A DNA stretch of 60,285 nucleotides. Origin: a virus (lineage: Duplodnaviria; Caudoviricetes). Where the stretch lies: the IMG/VR virus record IMGVR_UViG_3300020045_004928, positions 1 through 60,285 of that record. The stretch is one strand, 5' to 3'. The notes beneath the pieces were generated by a model that did not search any database, was not told where the DNA came from, and saw only the letters and a list, made by a program, of their open reading frames with translations. The position numbers and the translations under genes are program-made. Below, in pieces: positions 1 to 11,200 of the stretch. Within the stretch, counting starts at the first letter, position 1; each line of letters starts with the position of its first letter.

Positions 1-121
1 AACCGACATGATAGCTGTTGGGACTGATGGTGTAACTCACCGATTAAATAACCGTGGCGCAAAAACAAAGATAGAAGGCGCTCCCGTTCTTGGTGGATAT
101 AAAGCTTCATTCGCACGTACC
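1..121. repeat. Terminal overlap, copy 1 (circular assembly)
   Basis: 1-121 is identical to 60165-60285. Confidence 0.95.
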
Positions 122-1228
122 AGAGATGGATTGATGATGGCTGCCGGAGCGCAGATCATCAAGTTCGATGGCGAGAAAAACGAGATCTTGAGCAATGACG
201 CCCCATTATCAAGATGGGTTGGATTCATTGACGGTTACGTTCTTGCTGTTGAAAAAGACAGTGGCCGCTTCCAACACTGTGAAGCTAATAAATATCAGTC
301 ATGGCCAGCCCTTGATACATTCGGCGTTGATGGACAGCCTGACGATATCAACTCAATGCTTATTACGCCTTTCAATGAGATCCTGTTAAGCGGCGAAGAA
401 AGTATCGAGCAATACGAAAGATATGTCGGCGGTGATGTTCCGTTCTTTCGTCGCTGGAGCGTGGCTGATGGTATCAGTGAGCCAGAGACATTATGCTTTA
501 CCGACAACGCGGCATGGGGACTTAACGACAGGTTTGAATTTGTGCGCTTGTCAGGTCAGACATCTCAATCAGTTTCAGATGATATCCAGAAAGATCTGGA
601 GAATAAATTCAACTTTTCCGGCCTTGATAATAAAGAGAGAGCGTGGGCTGCTCCGGTCAATATCAAGGGCCAGAAGTTCATCATCCTTCAAGCGCCGGAA
701 GCGACAAACAGTTACGGATCTATCGGCTTTACAGCCGTTCTTGATATCAGGCAGGGAAAATGGTTCGAGATCTTCGGATGGGATAAAGAAAACGGCGTTC
801 CGACACTCTGGCCGGGATGCTCGATATTTAAAATATGGGGCAGAACTTTTGTCGGGGGTAATGGAAAAATATATGAGCTGGTCGATACTTCATACGATAA
901 TGACGGAGAAGTTCAGCGCGTTTACATCAAGACAGCTCACTATGACACTCTAGGCCCGATGCGCGTCAATGGCGTCCGTATGACACTCAAGCGTGGAGTG
1001 GGTACCTATGATGTAAACCCAAAAATTATGTTCAGGTCCAATCCCGACAACAGAGGATTTGGTAATATCCAGATGCGTGAACTGGGCAAAACAGGACCGC
1101 AGGAATTCGTGATCGAGTTTGGCGCACAAGGCCTTGCCGATACCTGGCAGTTTGAATGGGCAATGACAGACGCTTTCCCGTTTGAAATGCGTCGCCTTCA
1201 ACTCAATATTGATAGGATTTTGCGCTGA
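1..1228 (+). CDS. Tail hub / DNA stabilisation protein (P22 gp10-like), 3' part; true start at 59974 across the junction
   Basis: ORF 8..1228 is in frame with ATG 59974 (66 extra codons, 472 aa in total); beta-rich; lies between tailspike and ejection genes. Confidence 0.7.
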   Translation, partial: TDMIAVGTDGVTHRLNNRGAKTKIEGAPVLGGYKASFARTRDGLMMAAGAQIIKFDGEKNEILSNDAPLSRWVGFIDGYVLAVEKDSGRFQHCEANKYQSWPALDTFGVDGQPDDINSMLITPFNEILLSGEESIEQYERYVGGDVPFFRRWSVADGISEPETLCFTDNAAWGLNDRFEFVRLSGQTSQSVSDDIQKDLENKFNFSGLDNKERAWAAPVNIKGQKFIILQAPEATNSYGSIGFTAVLDIRQGKWFEIFGWDKENGVPTLWPGCSIFKIWGRTFVGGNGKIYELVDTSYDNDGEVQRVYIKTAHYDTLGPMRVNGVRMTLKRGVGTYDVNPKIMFRSNPDNRGFGNIQMRELGKTGPQEFVIEFGAQGLADTWQFEWAMTDAFPFEMRRLQLNIDRILR

Positions 1229-1794
1229 TGGCCGATGAAGTAGTAACAACCACAGCGAAAGCACCCATTCCGCGTCAGCTGGAATCGCCTCCGCGCACAA
1301 CAGGCAATATCCAGCAAGATATCCCGTTAATAGTTGACTGGATGTTTCGCTGTTATCAGATCATTCAGCAAGCCGTTAATTACATAAACGGACAAATTCA
1401 AGATAATGGCGATATCACCGCTACGGATTTGCCGAACCCGCAGACTTCCACGGTCGCACAAGCCCAGACAACAGCCAATCAGGCATATACAATTGCCACC
1501 AACGCTCAAAAGGATGCAGATGCTCTTGAAGCTATTGTGGCGCGTAACGTATCTGGTACCGTCACTGTATCTGATGCTTCGACCGGCGCGACCGTAAACT
1601 TCGGTACCACGCAACCAAACACCAATTACACGGTAAATATTCAGGCAAAATCCATAACAGGGGTACCTGTATCTGATGCGTATATAATTACAGGAAAAAC
1701 CTACGCAACAGGGAACTTTTCATTTACAATAAAGGATGCCCCCGCTCCGGGGAATTCCATCACATTCGAATGGCACCTAGCAAGGATCACCTAA
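1228..1794 (+). CDS. Virion tail protein, possible tail needle (gp26-like)
   Basis: Coupled to upstream stop; short coiled-coil AQAQTTANQAYTIATNAQKDADALE then a beta-rich C-terminus. Confidence 0.45.
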   Translation: MADEVVTTTAKAPIPRQLESPPRTTGNIQQDIPLIVDWMFRCYQIIQQAVNYINGQIQDNGDITATDLPNPQTSTVAQAQTTANQAYTIATNAQKDADALEAIVARNVSGTVTVSDASTGATVNFGTTQPNTNYTVNIQAKSITGVPVSDAYIITGKTYATGNFSFTIKDAPAPGNSITFEWHLARIT

Positions 1795-1795
1795 A

Positions 1796-3022
1796 ATGGC
1801 AGAAGATGATTTCTACAGCATAAATGGAAACAGCTATCGCGGTTCTCGCTATGCAAACTTTGCAGGTGGCGGTGTTGATGCGCAAGGAAACGTATCTTCT
1901 TCGGTCGTTGAAAACCAATCAAATAATAACGCGAATACGCCATCTCAGCAGACTACAAGCGTTGGTTCTGATGCTACCGATTTTTCAAATAAGGGCGTTG
2001 AGCTTGGCAATATAAACACTGATCCAAAACCAACGGCTCCATTATCTGCTTCTGAAAACGTTACAAATGCAGGTATTTCTACAGCCGTTCCTTTCGCAGC
2101 TTCATCTATAGGCGGCACAATCGGCGGCAACGTAGCTGCTGGCGCGACCGGCAGCGAAGTTTTCAAGAATTTGGGATCTGATATTTATGGCCGTGTAAGT
2201 TCCGGGCTTCTTGGTTCGGGTGCATCAACAACTGCCACAAACGCAGCATTATCGGGCATGGGAAGCTCTTATGGCCCAGCTTCACAGGCTGCCGTTTCTA
2301 AAGCTGGAAATACAGGAGCTATCGGAAGCGCCTCAAATATTGGAGCTGGTATCGGTACCGCAGCTGCAACCCTTTTAACTGGAGGCTCAGTTAAAGATGC
2401 TGCATTCCAGGGTGTAGGAGCATATGCCGGAGCAACACTCGGATCGACTTTCGGCCCAGCCGGTACAGCGGTCGGCAGTTTCATTGGATCTACAATCGGA
2501 AAATTCATTGGCGGAGCTTTTGGTGGCGGAATGCCTAGATCTACTTTGGCTGCATACATTACTCCTGATGAGTCTGGTAAGCTTTCAACAAGCCAAGTCA
2601 GCAACAAAGGCCTTGATAATAAATCCGCTACGTCATACGGCAACTCCATCACTGGAATTTTGAATTCTTTTGCTGAAAATACAGGTCTGAAATTCAAAAG
2701 CAGTTTCAAATCTGAAACCAACCTTGGCAAAAAAGACGTTAAATCCACCTACGGAAACACATCAGTTTCAGGCAAGGGCGGTGATGCCGGATCTGTCGCG
2801 CTATCTGTACTCAAAGATAGAAACGCTTATAGTCTGGGTGATGATGCTGATTTCAATTCGTTCTGGGATAACGCTCTCGGATCAGCCAGCGATATCGGAA
2901 GCTTTGGCTCTGCTATCGATGGATATTACGCTTCTAAAAACCTTACTGCCGCTCCAACCGTCGCCGCGCAAAACGGTAATCTAAGACGTACAGGCGATAA
3001 ATACGCAACATTTTATAGTTAA
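1796..3022 (+). CDS. Putative ejection / internal virion protein
   Basis: Gly/Ala/Ser-rich glycine-zipper segments (GAYAGATLGSTFGPAGTAVGSFIG); position in the podovirus ejection cluster. Confidence 0.55.
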   Translation: MAEDDFYSINGNSYRGSRYANFAGGGVDAQGNVSSSVVENQSNNNANTPSQQTTSVGSDATDFSNKGVELGNINTDPKPTAPLSASENVTNAGISTAVPFAASSIGGTIGGNVAAGATGSEVFKNLGSDIYGRVSSGLLGSGASTTATNAALSGMGSSYGPASQAAVSKAGNTGAIGSASNIGAGIGTAAATLLTGGSVKDAAFQGVGAYAGATLGSTFGPAGTAVGSFIGSTIGKFIGGAFGGGMPRSTLAAYITPDESGKLSTSQVSNKGLDNKSATSYGNSITGILNSFAENTGLKFKSSFKSETNLGKKDVKSTYGNTSVSGKGGDAGSVALSVLKDRNAYSLGDDADFNSFWDNALGSASDIGSFGSAIDGYYASKNLTAAPTVAAQNGNLRRTGDKYATFYS

Positions 3023-3038
3023 TCGAAAGGGCTGAAAT

Positions 3039-3506
3039 ATGAATCCTCTAACAAACCCGCAAGGCGAAGAAGAAAACGGAAACTTTGAAGGCGGAGGCCA
3101 AGACGGTGAGCCTTCTCAAAATAATGAAGGTGGCCAAGACGTAAACGGCGACGGCATTGATGATATCAGTGGCGAAATGCCAGACGTATCTCCAGAAGAT
3201 ATGCAGAAAGTAATGGTCATTACTCTCTGGAAACGTATCAATGAGCTGGCACCACCGGAAGCACAAGCTTTTACAGCTGCGATCACTCCTGAAACTGCGC
3301 CGGTCATGGTAAAACTGTTCCCGGAACTGACACCTTTGATCGATGAGATCATTCAAGCAAAAGGTGGCGGCATGCAACAAGGTGGCGCTCCGCAAATGGC
3401 AGGGCCTCCTCAAGGACAGCCGCAGCCTCAAATGGCAGCACCACAAGGCGCAGCTCCTCAACAAATGCCAACAGATCCGCGAGTATCTCAAGGCTTGATA
3501 GGCTAA
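3039..3506 (+). CDS. Hypothetical virion-associated protein
   Basis: Acidic N-terminus, Q/P/G-rich C-terminus; within operon. Confidence 0.55.
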   Translation: MNPLTNPQGEEENGNFEGGGQDGEPSQNNEGGQDVNGDGIDDISGEMPDVSPEDMQKVMVITLWKRINELAPPEAQAFTAAITPETAPVMVKLFPELTPLIDEIIQAKGGGMQQGGAPQMAGPPQGQPQPQMAAPQGAAPQQMPTDPRVSQGLIG

Positions 3507-3519
3507 AGGTAGGTAAATC

Positions 3520-4194
3520 ATGGCTGGATTCTGGGACTTTATTCCGAAATTGCTTCCCACTGTTATCAGTGGTGGAGCAACACTTTATGGCGCACAACTC
3601 TCATCTGATGCGACGAAATCAGCTGCGAAAACAACGACAGCTGCAAGCCAAGCCGCTGCCGCTGCACAGACAGAGAGCCTAAAACGTGCAGAAGAGATCA
3701 TAAAGTCTCAACAGGCTGCCGCTTCGCCTGGACTGATTGCCATGCAAAACATTGTTGGCCGTGGTGAGCAGCTGACGCCAGCGCAGCTTACAGCTCTTGG
3801 AGATGCACGACGCACTACACTTGATTCATTGCAAGGCGGTAGTGTTCGTGGATCTGCGAGAGCTACAGCTGAAACTGTTAAAAAAGTCGAAGGTGATATG
3901 CGGAATACTTATCTTGATAAGAACCGCGCTACCTCTGACAATGCAGCAGCAAATCTTTCAAACCAATATTTCAATTCCGGTAACACGATTGCCGGATTGA
4001 ATACACAATCTGGTACCGTTGCATCACAGAACTTGATGAACGCAGGTAATATAAATGCCGCTTCCGATCTCGGTCAGGCGAATATCCAAGGTAAAGCAAT
4101 TGGGGATATCGGCGCACTTATCGCTGGCAGCCTGAAAGATGAGATGTCAAAAAAACGTGAATCATCTTATACAGCACCGAAGGAGCAAGCATAA
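3520..4194 (+). CDS. Putative DNA transfer / ejection protein (P22 gp7-like)
   Basis: RBS aggtagg; hydrophobic N-terminus, then Ala/Gln-rich helices. Confidence 0.55.
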   Translation: MAGFWDFIPKLLPTVISGGATLYGAQLSSDATKSAAKTTTAASQAAAAAQTESLKRAEEIIKSQQAAASPGLIAMQNIVGRGEQLTPAQLTALGDARRTTLDSLQGGSVRGSARATAETVKKVEGDMRNTYLDKNRATSDNAAANLSNQYFNSGNTIAGLNTQSGTVASQNLMNAGNINAASDLGQANIQGKAIGDIGALIAGSLKDEMSKKRESSYTAPKEQA

Positions 4195-5195
4195 TGGACG
4201 CAGTATCATCTAGTCTCGTAAACACGCTTGCAGCTGGAGCCAACCCTACAGCAGAAGCATATAATCAAAGAACAGAGCAGCTGGACGCAACCAGAATGGC
4301 ATCTGAGAAACAAGCCGATGCAGACATGCTTCGGGTTTTTGAATTTGCCGGTGATGGACATGTTGACGAAGCGCGTTTTTATGCACAGCAAAAAGGATTG
4401 CAGGTGCCGGATCAGGTTTACTCAAACGCTGATTTTGCAAAGGGATTGACGCTTGCCGGTAAAATTTACGGTGACAGCCCAGAACAAGCCCAGAAATTCA
4501 CGCAAGCTTGGGTTTCTAATCCTCAAGGTGATTTCAATACTCGCCTTACTGCTGCACAGCAAGCAGCCGGAGCAGCTGTAAATCCAGAAGATCGTCAGCT
4601 GCAAAAACAAATTGCGCTTGAATCATGGAAGATGAAACACAGGCCTCCGGGTGAAGCCGATAAGCCAAGAATAATGGAAGTAAATGGAACTTTGGTTTCT
4701 GTTTCTCCTGATGGAAAAGCTGCGACGCCTGTTTACTCAGGTTCACCAAAGCAGCCGGATTACACAGACATCGGCATGAAAGCTTATAATGCAGGTGTTG
4801 GCGGTATGGCTGACGATCCGAATAAAACTGCGACAGATGCCGTAGCTCTTGCAAAGCAGCTTTACGAACAGAACAATCAAACGCAAGGCGCTCCGCAAGT
4901 GCCTTCTCCTGGACTAGTAGGATCTCCGGCTCCGGTTGCATCACCGACCGCAGCTGCTCCGTCAGCTCCAGCCGCAACGCCACAAAATCCAATAGTTAAT
5001 TCCCCAGCACCCGCCGCGCCAGCTGCTTCTCAGCCGGTACCGAAGGAAGTTGTGAGAAAAGCCATGGACGCAGGGTACCAGCCAGAAAAAATCAAAGCCA
5101 AACTTGTCGCAAGCGGGTATAATGCGGAACAGGCAGACGCTTTGATTCAATCTGCAACGCAAATGGGGCCGCAAGTTCCAATTTCCTACCCTTAA
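4194..5195 (+). CDS. Putative ejection protein
   Basis: TAATG coupling; helical N-terminus, Pro/Ala linker. Confidence 0.5.
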   Translation: MDAVSSSLVNTLAAGANPTAEAYNQRTEQLDATRMASEKQADADMLRVFEFAGDGHVDEARFYAQQKGLQVPDQVYSNADFAKGLTLAGKIYGDSPEQAQKFTQAWVSNPQGDFNTRLTAAQQAAGAAVNPEDRQLQKQIALESWKMKHRPPGEADKPRIMEVNGTLVSVSPDGKAATPVYSGSPKQPDYTDIGMKAYNAGVGGMADDPNKTATDAVALAKQLYEQNNQTQGAPQVPSPGLVGSPAPVASPTAAAPSAPAATPQNPIVNSPAPAAPAASQPVPKEVVRKAMDAGYQPEKIKAKLVASGYNAEQADALIQSATQMGPQVPISYP

Positions 5196-5216
5196 CATTT
5201 TAGAACATGGCTGAAT

Positions 5217-8200
5217 ATGACACCCGCAGATGATTTAGAATTAATTCTCTTCGGAGAAGCGCCTACAAAACCAAAGACCGCAGCCGCGCCAGCCGTGGCC
5301 CAGCCACAAGATGAGCTGTCTGCGATCCTCTTTCCGTCAGAAAATCTCGTAAACGCACAGCCAACTTATGAGAACGCAAGGCCTTCTTCGCCCGGATTTA
5401 TGGGCGGCATTAAAGATGAAGTTCTAAATGTCAAAGATGATCTCGATGCGGGAACTAGAGAACTCGGAAACGCAGCGGTTTCAGCTGCTATGCTTTATGG
5501 GCAGATGGACCCTGTAGAAGCTGCCGATTTTATCACTTCCAATCGCCAAGCTGCCGATATGGCCAGATCCTCGCGCTCAGAATCTTTGCAGCGTGACATG
5601 GAAACAATTCAAAGCTCGGACGGATTTCTTGACGCAGCCAAAAACGTCATTACAAATCCACGCGCAGCTGCTCACCTTTCCATTGAAAACCTTCCTTATT
5701 CAGCTCCCGGCATGATGGCCGCAGCTGGCGGTGCCGCGACCGGTGCCGCTGCCGGTGCCGCTACTGGCCCAGCTGCTCCTGTTATGGCTCCAATCGGAGC
5801 TGTCACTGGCGCCGTTGCTGGTGGATTTGCCGGTCAGGTTCCAGTCGAAGTCGGCGCATGGGTTGATCAGGCCTTGCAAGAAAGAGGCGTAGATATATCG
5901 ACGCGAGAAGGTCGTATTGCGGCTTATAGCGATAGAGCCATGATGGACGAAATTCGTGGAGAAGCTGAACGTAAAGGTATCACGACAGCTGCCGTCGATT
6001 CTCTATGGAATATTTTTGCAGGTTCCAAATTATTCAAGTCGGCTGGAACAAGCTTTCCAAGCAGGGTTGTTGCTGGAGCAAAAGATACCGGCCTTCAAAT
6101 GGTTGGTGAATCTGCCAGTGAAGGCGCAGGACAGCTCGCAGCTTACAAAGGCGATACCAGCAAGATAAACACAACAGACATTGCGCTTGAAGGGCTTTTG
6201 TCTGCTCCACAAGCTATAGCTGAAACTGGCGTAGGTCTTATGGTTCGTAATCAGATCCAAGGATCAGCGCAACCTCCGGCCAATGGCCAAACCTCACAAG
6301 ATAATGCGGAAGCTGTGCAAACAGCTGATGCCATCCCTCCGGTAGCTACAGCTCCGGAGGTCAAAGTTCCTACCCGTGATGATCTCGCGGCTGCCATGCA
6401 GAACCCGGAGGCACCTCTTCAAACTTCAAGCCCTCAATCCAATGCTGCACAGACGCCCTCTCCGATTATCACCCCTGACGCGGCTACTCCAATAGTTGCG
6501 CCTACCCCACAGGGATTCGCTTACGGTCAGACCGTTGAGCAAGTTAATCGGTTCGGTGAAGTGGTCGAAGGTACCGTTCAGGGTGTTCAAAATACCGCTG
6601 ACGGGATATCTATCACAATCAAAGACCGTGACGGAAATGTGGGTACCATTTTTGACAGTGAAGGTCCAATCGAAATCAGGGCGAAATCTGCTCCGACTGG
6701 ACCGACCAGAAGTGATCTGGAAGCTGCCTTAAATGGGGAAAAACCGATCTCGCCTACCGCTCCGGTGCAAATGGAAATGGCTGCTGGGCCACCGCCGCAA
6801 ACAGCGGCCCAGACACCACCAATGCAGGAGCAGCCACTTTCGCTCCCTGAATTACAAAAAAGATTAGAAACAGTTAAGGCTGGGGCTAAATTTAAGGGTT
6901 GGGATAAGAATTCTCTGGCCATGCGCGATAACCTGCAAGGTCAAATAGACCTGTTACAGAGCGCCCAATTGCCTGTTACAGAGGTTGTTCAGCCTGTAGC
7001 AAAGCCTCCGACATTCAAAGAGCAGCTGCCGACCATGACGGAAGATCAGCTGGTCGAGATTTACCGTGGCAAAAACCGTCAAAAGCGCGAATTGGCCGCA
7101 GCTGAAATCAAAGCTCGTTTCCCGGAAAACAACTTTACTGGAGCGATAGATGTGCAAGATGCAGCCGGTCAGGTCAATACAGCGCCTACTGACGGTCAAA
7201 AAGAGGCCGGAAACTACAAAAAAGGCCATGTAAAGATCAACGGCATGGATATTGCCATTGAAAACCCGCAAGGAAGCATGCGATCCGGCAAGGATAAGGA
7301 CGGAAACGCATGGGAAGTGGCCATGCCAGCCCATTACGGCTATGTGAAGCGCACTGTCGGCGCTGATAATGAGAATATGGACGTTTATATCGGAAGTAAT
7401 ATAGACGCGCCGGAAGTTTACGTGGTCGACCAGGTGCATGCCGATACCCAGGATTTTGACGAACACAAAGCTATGATTGGCTTTAATTCCATTCAGGAAG
7501 CGGTCGACGCCTATTCCGGTGCCTTTTCCGATGGTCGTGGCGGTGAGCGCCATGGTGGCGTCACGGTAATGACCGTTCAGGAATTCAAAGACTGGCTGAA
7601 AGGCGACCAGACCAAGAAGCCTCTGGTTTATAAAAAGCCGGAAGCTCCTAAAAAAGATATCCCAAGCGAAGCAGAACCGCAGAAGGCGGCTCTTACCGGG
7701 GAAACTGAGCCACAGAACGCGGTTCAGACCCAAGACGATAAACCAAGCGTCGATCAGGAAGCCTCGCTCCAGAACCCATATTTTTCCAATTTTAAGGATG
7801 CGCAGGAACGCGCCTTCATGCTGGCGACCAAAAATCAGGATGAAATTGCCGCTTCGATCAATATGGCGCTGTCAATTGTGGATGATGCGGCCCAGCTTGA
7901 CGTCGAAATCGATCCTGCATTGAAGAGACAGGCCGATGTTTTGGCAAAAAGATACTTTGCATGGCTCGATAAAGACGCCTTTGCTTTCAAAACCGCCACT
8001 TCTGAAAACGCCGGGAAGGCTTTCATTGATTCTGCCAAGAAACTTAAAGCTTTGGCTGATAAAATGGATAAGAAAATTGACGACCGCGCCCGTGAAGAAA
8101 GTCAAATAGAACCTGAGAATAATTCTGATCTGAGCTCCTATCAACAGGATGAGGATAAAGTTATCCCGGATGAAGTTGCTGAAAAACCACAGGAAACCGA

Positions 8201-11200
8201 AGTTGCTTCCCGTGAAACGCCTGAAAATGTGGATAATTCAGCCCCAACTGTGGCCGATCAGCCACAGCCTGTTGCAGAAACATCACAGTATAAGCCAGAA
8301 AGTTCCCAAGAAACTGAAAATAATCCACAGGAAAACACACTGTCCAAGACCAAACAAATGGTCAAGGACTACGTTGAAGCCAAAAACGCCAATGGTTTGC
8401 GCGGCATCCTATCTAATCTGGATAACAAACAATCACGCGCATACTTCGCCGAATTAACGGGCATCAAGCTTCCCAAAACTGTCAAGGCCACTAATGAGGC
8501 GATTGATACCTTTGCTGGCATCACGACCGATCAGAGAGCCAAAATGGACGCTGATAAGGCTGATGCGGCAGATACAAAGAAGCAGGAGCGCGACGAGCTT
8601 TGGTGGGGAAATATCCTTTCTAAAATGCCGACAGATGGTGGCAGCAACGTCAAGGCATGGATAGATGGGCTTATTGCAGAAGGCTACAACCGCGTCGTTA
8701 GCCAGAAAAACGGAGCAACAACAAATTATGTTTTAGTGAATGAAACGGGCCGAGGTTACAAAATAAGCGGCTTAAAAGGTGGTCGCTCAGAGATATGGAA
8801 GTACGCTAAAGCCGTAACTGAACGCATGGCAAAAGGGCAGGAAGCCCCGTTCATTCCAAATATGCCAGCCGAAAAAGCATCTAGTTTTGAGCCGGAAGCT
8901 GCTAATAGCTCACCAGTTTCAGAAGAAGTTAAAAGTACAGACAATCCGGATAGTCCGGACAATTCTGCGCCGGAGCGCCGGAGCTTTGACCTTATACCTG
9001 ATGATGCAGAGAACCGATCTCCGCAAATTCAAAAGCTTGTCGATGGACGAAACGCACTTCGCAAATTTGCCAATGAGCTTTCAGATGAGGATTACGCTTA
9101 CCTCGCTAAGACTTTAAAATCAGAATATGGCGCGAATTTTCCGCAAGACGCGGCAACTTCAAACGAACCTGAGAAATCTCTCAAGATCTGGCAGGAAACT
9201 TTAGATGCCCACAAAAAACCAGCTGCGCCGAAAAAACCCGCAGCTGAAAAGCCAAAAACCCAAGAAGAACCGGCTGCCGACAAGGTTGCCGATTTTGGTG
9301 AGAAGATCCAAGGCGCGAAAAAAGATCTATGGACTGGCTACAAGGACACTTTGAAGGAAGAGCTTCCAGAAGATCTGGCACAGATTACCCTGGCTAAACA
9401 TTTCCCAGAGCCAAATTACGAGAACCTGATTGAGAACGGCGTTGAGATCCCGGCGCTTGCTGCGATCAAAGCCATGCGTGATCTCATCCCTGCGAAGCCT
9501 CGCGTATCATACAAGCTGAAAGATTGGGCTGCCGCAGTTAAATCGACACGCTTAATGGCCAACTCTTTGCTGACCGGCACTCTTAAATTCAGCGATCTAA
9601 CTCAAAAATTCGGTGAATCCAGAAGCCGCATCTTGCGTGACATGCCTGATAAAATTCAGCTTTACGTGGATCTGGGATATCCGGCTTTCACAAAAGCAAA
9701 AGAATACTCAATCCATCCTTCTGATGGAGCATACGAGAACGGCGTAAAAATCGACCGTCGCCAGTGGTTCGTGACCAAAGGCAACAGATACGGCGACAGA
9801 TACGAAACGTATGAGGATGCTTTAAAAGCTCTGCGTGATAAGCTATCAGCTGATGAAGGTCCAAAAGCCAAGCTTGTAAAGTTCGACATTTATCGCGTCA
9901 CATCAACCGGCGATATCGTCGTTGGTAAAAAGATTGCAGCTGGCAAATATGTCGATTTGCAAAAAGGCTTTAAGACTGGACGTGAAGCGCGTGAATATCT
10001 CAGTGAAAATTACGACGATCTGGTAAAGCGTCTTGAAGATAAGAAGAACCTGCCGCCAGAGCGCCGAAGCATAAACGATCCTCGCGTTGGTGAGGATTAC
10101 CGTCAGGGCGAAGATGTCACTCCTGAAATGTTTGCCAAAGAATTCGGATTCCGTGGCGTTCAGTTTGGTAACTACGTTGAGCAAAAACGTCGTGTCAAAG
10201 ATCTTAATAACGCCTTTGATGCTTTGCGTGATATGGCGACCGTTCTTGGAATTCCACCACGGGCTGTTTCTCTTGAAGGTACTCTGGGCCTTGCGTTTGG
10301 TGCGCGGGGATCTGGTGGGGTAAATCCGGCAGCTGCTCACTATGAGCGCGGTCATGTCGTTATCAATCTTACCAAAATGAACGGTGCAGGATCTCTCGGC
10401 CATGAGTGGTGGCATGCAATGGATCATAACTTCGGTAAGCGTCGTGAAGGTCCGGATTATTTGACAGCTGCTCCGCGTCAGAAAGAAAAGAATAAAGACG
10501 GCACGATTGCTGAGCCTACAATTCGTCCAGAAGTGGTTGAAGCTTTCGCTGGCGTTATGAAGGCCATCAAAGGATCAACTATGGTTAAGAGAGCCAAGGA
10601 AGCCGACAAAACACGCGGCAAGGATTACTGGTCCACCGATATCGAGATGTCGGCCCGTTCGTTTGAAAAATACCTGATCGATAAAGCCAAAGAGCGCGGA
10701 TATTCAAACGACTATCTATCGAACATCGTGCCTGAGAAAGCTTTCACCGATAAAGAAGGTAATGTCAGCGACGACTTCCAATATCCGACCACGAAGGACA
10801 TGGAAACAATTGGCCCTGCTTTCGACAAGCTGTTTGCAACTATCGAGAACAAAGAAACTGACAAAGGCGTGGCGCTGTATTCCGCTGCTCCGCTTAAATC
10901 CGCGTTGGTAAAAACCGTTGATAGCCTGAAACAGGCGAAGGGTTCCGGAGAACAGATGCTTGCGATCATTCGCAACACGCAAGGCGTCAAAGAAGAAGAA
11001 ATCGCATGGACAGGCCTGGACGACTTCTTGGCTGAAAAAAAGACCGTTACGAAGCAGGAAATCGCTGATTATCTGGCTGCAAATCAGGTGAATATTCGTG
11101 AAACAACTCTTAGCTCATCAGCGTTGCCTGATGGTTGGTACACAGAAGAAAATGACGAAGGATGGGTGGTTTTAGATGAATTCCATGATACCCGTGGCGA

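Noticed and set aside
1-121. Biological direct terminal repeat
   Set aside because: It falls mid-gene and its length fits an assembler k-mer overlap; treated as a circularisation artefact
6954-7733. 259-aa antisense ORF within the giant gene
   Set aside because: Shadow ORF opposite a motif-bearing coding frame; no RBS or recognisable motif
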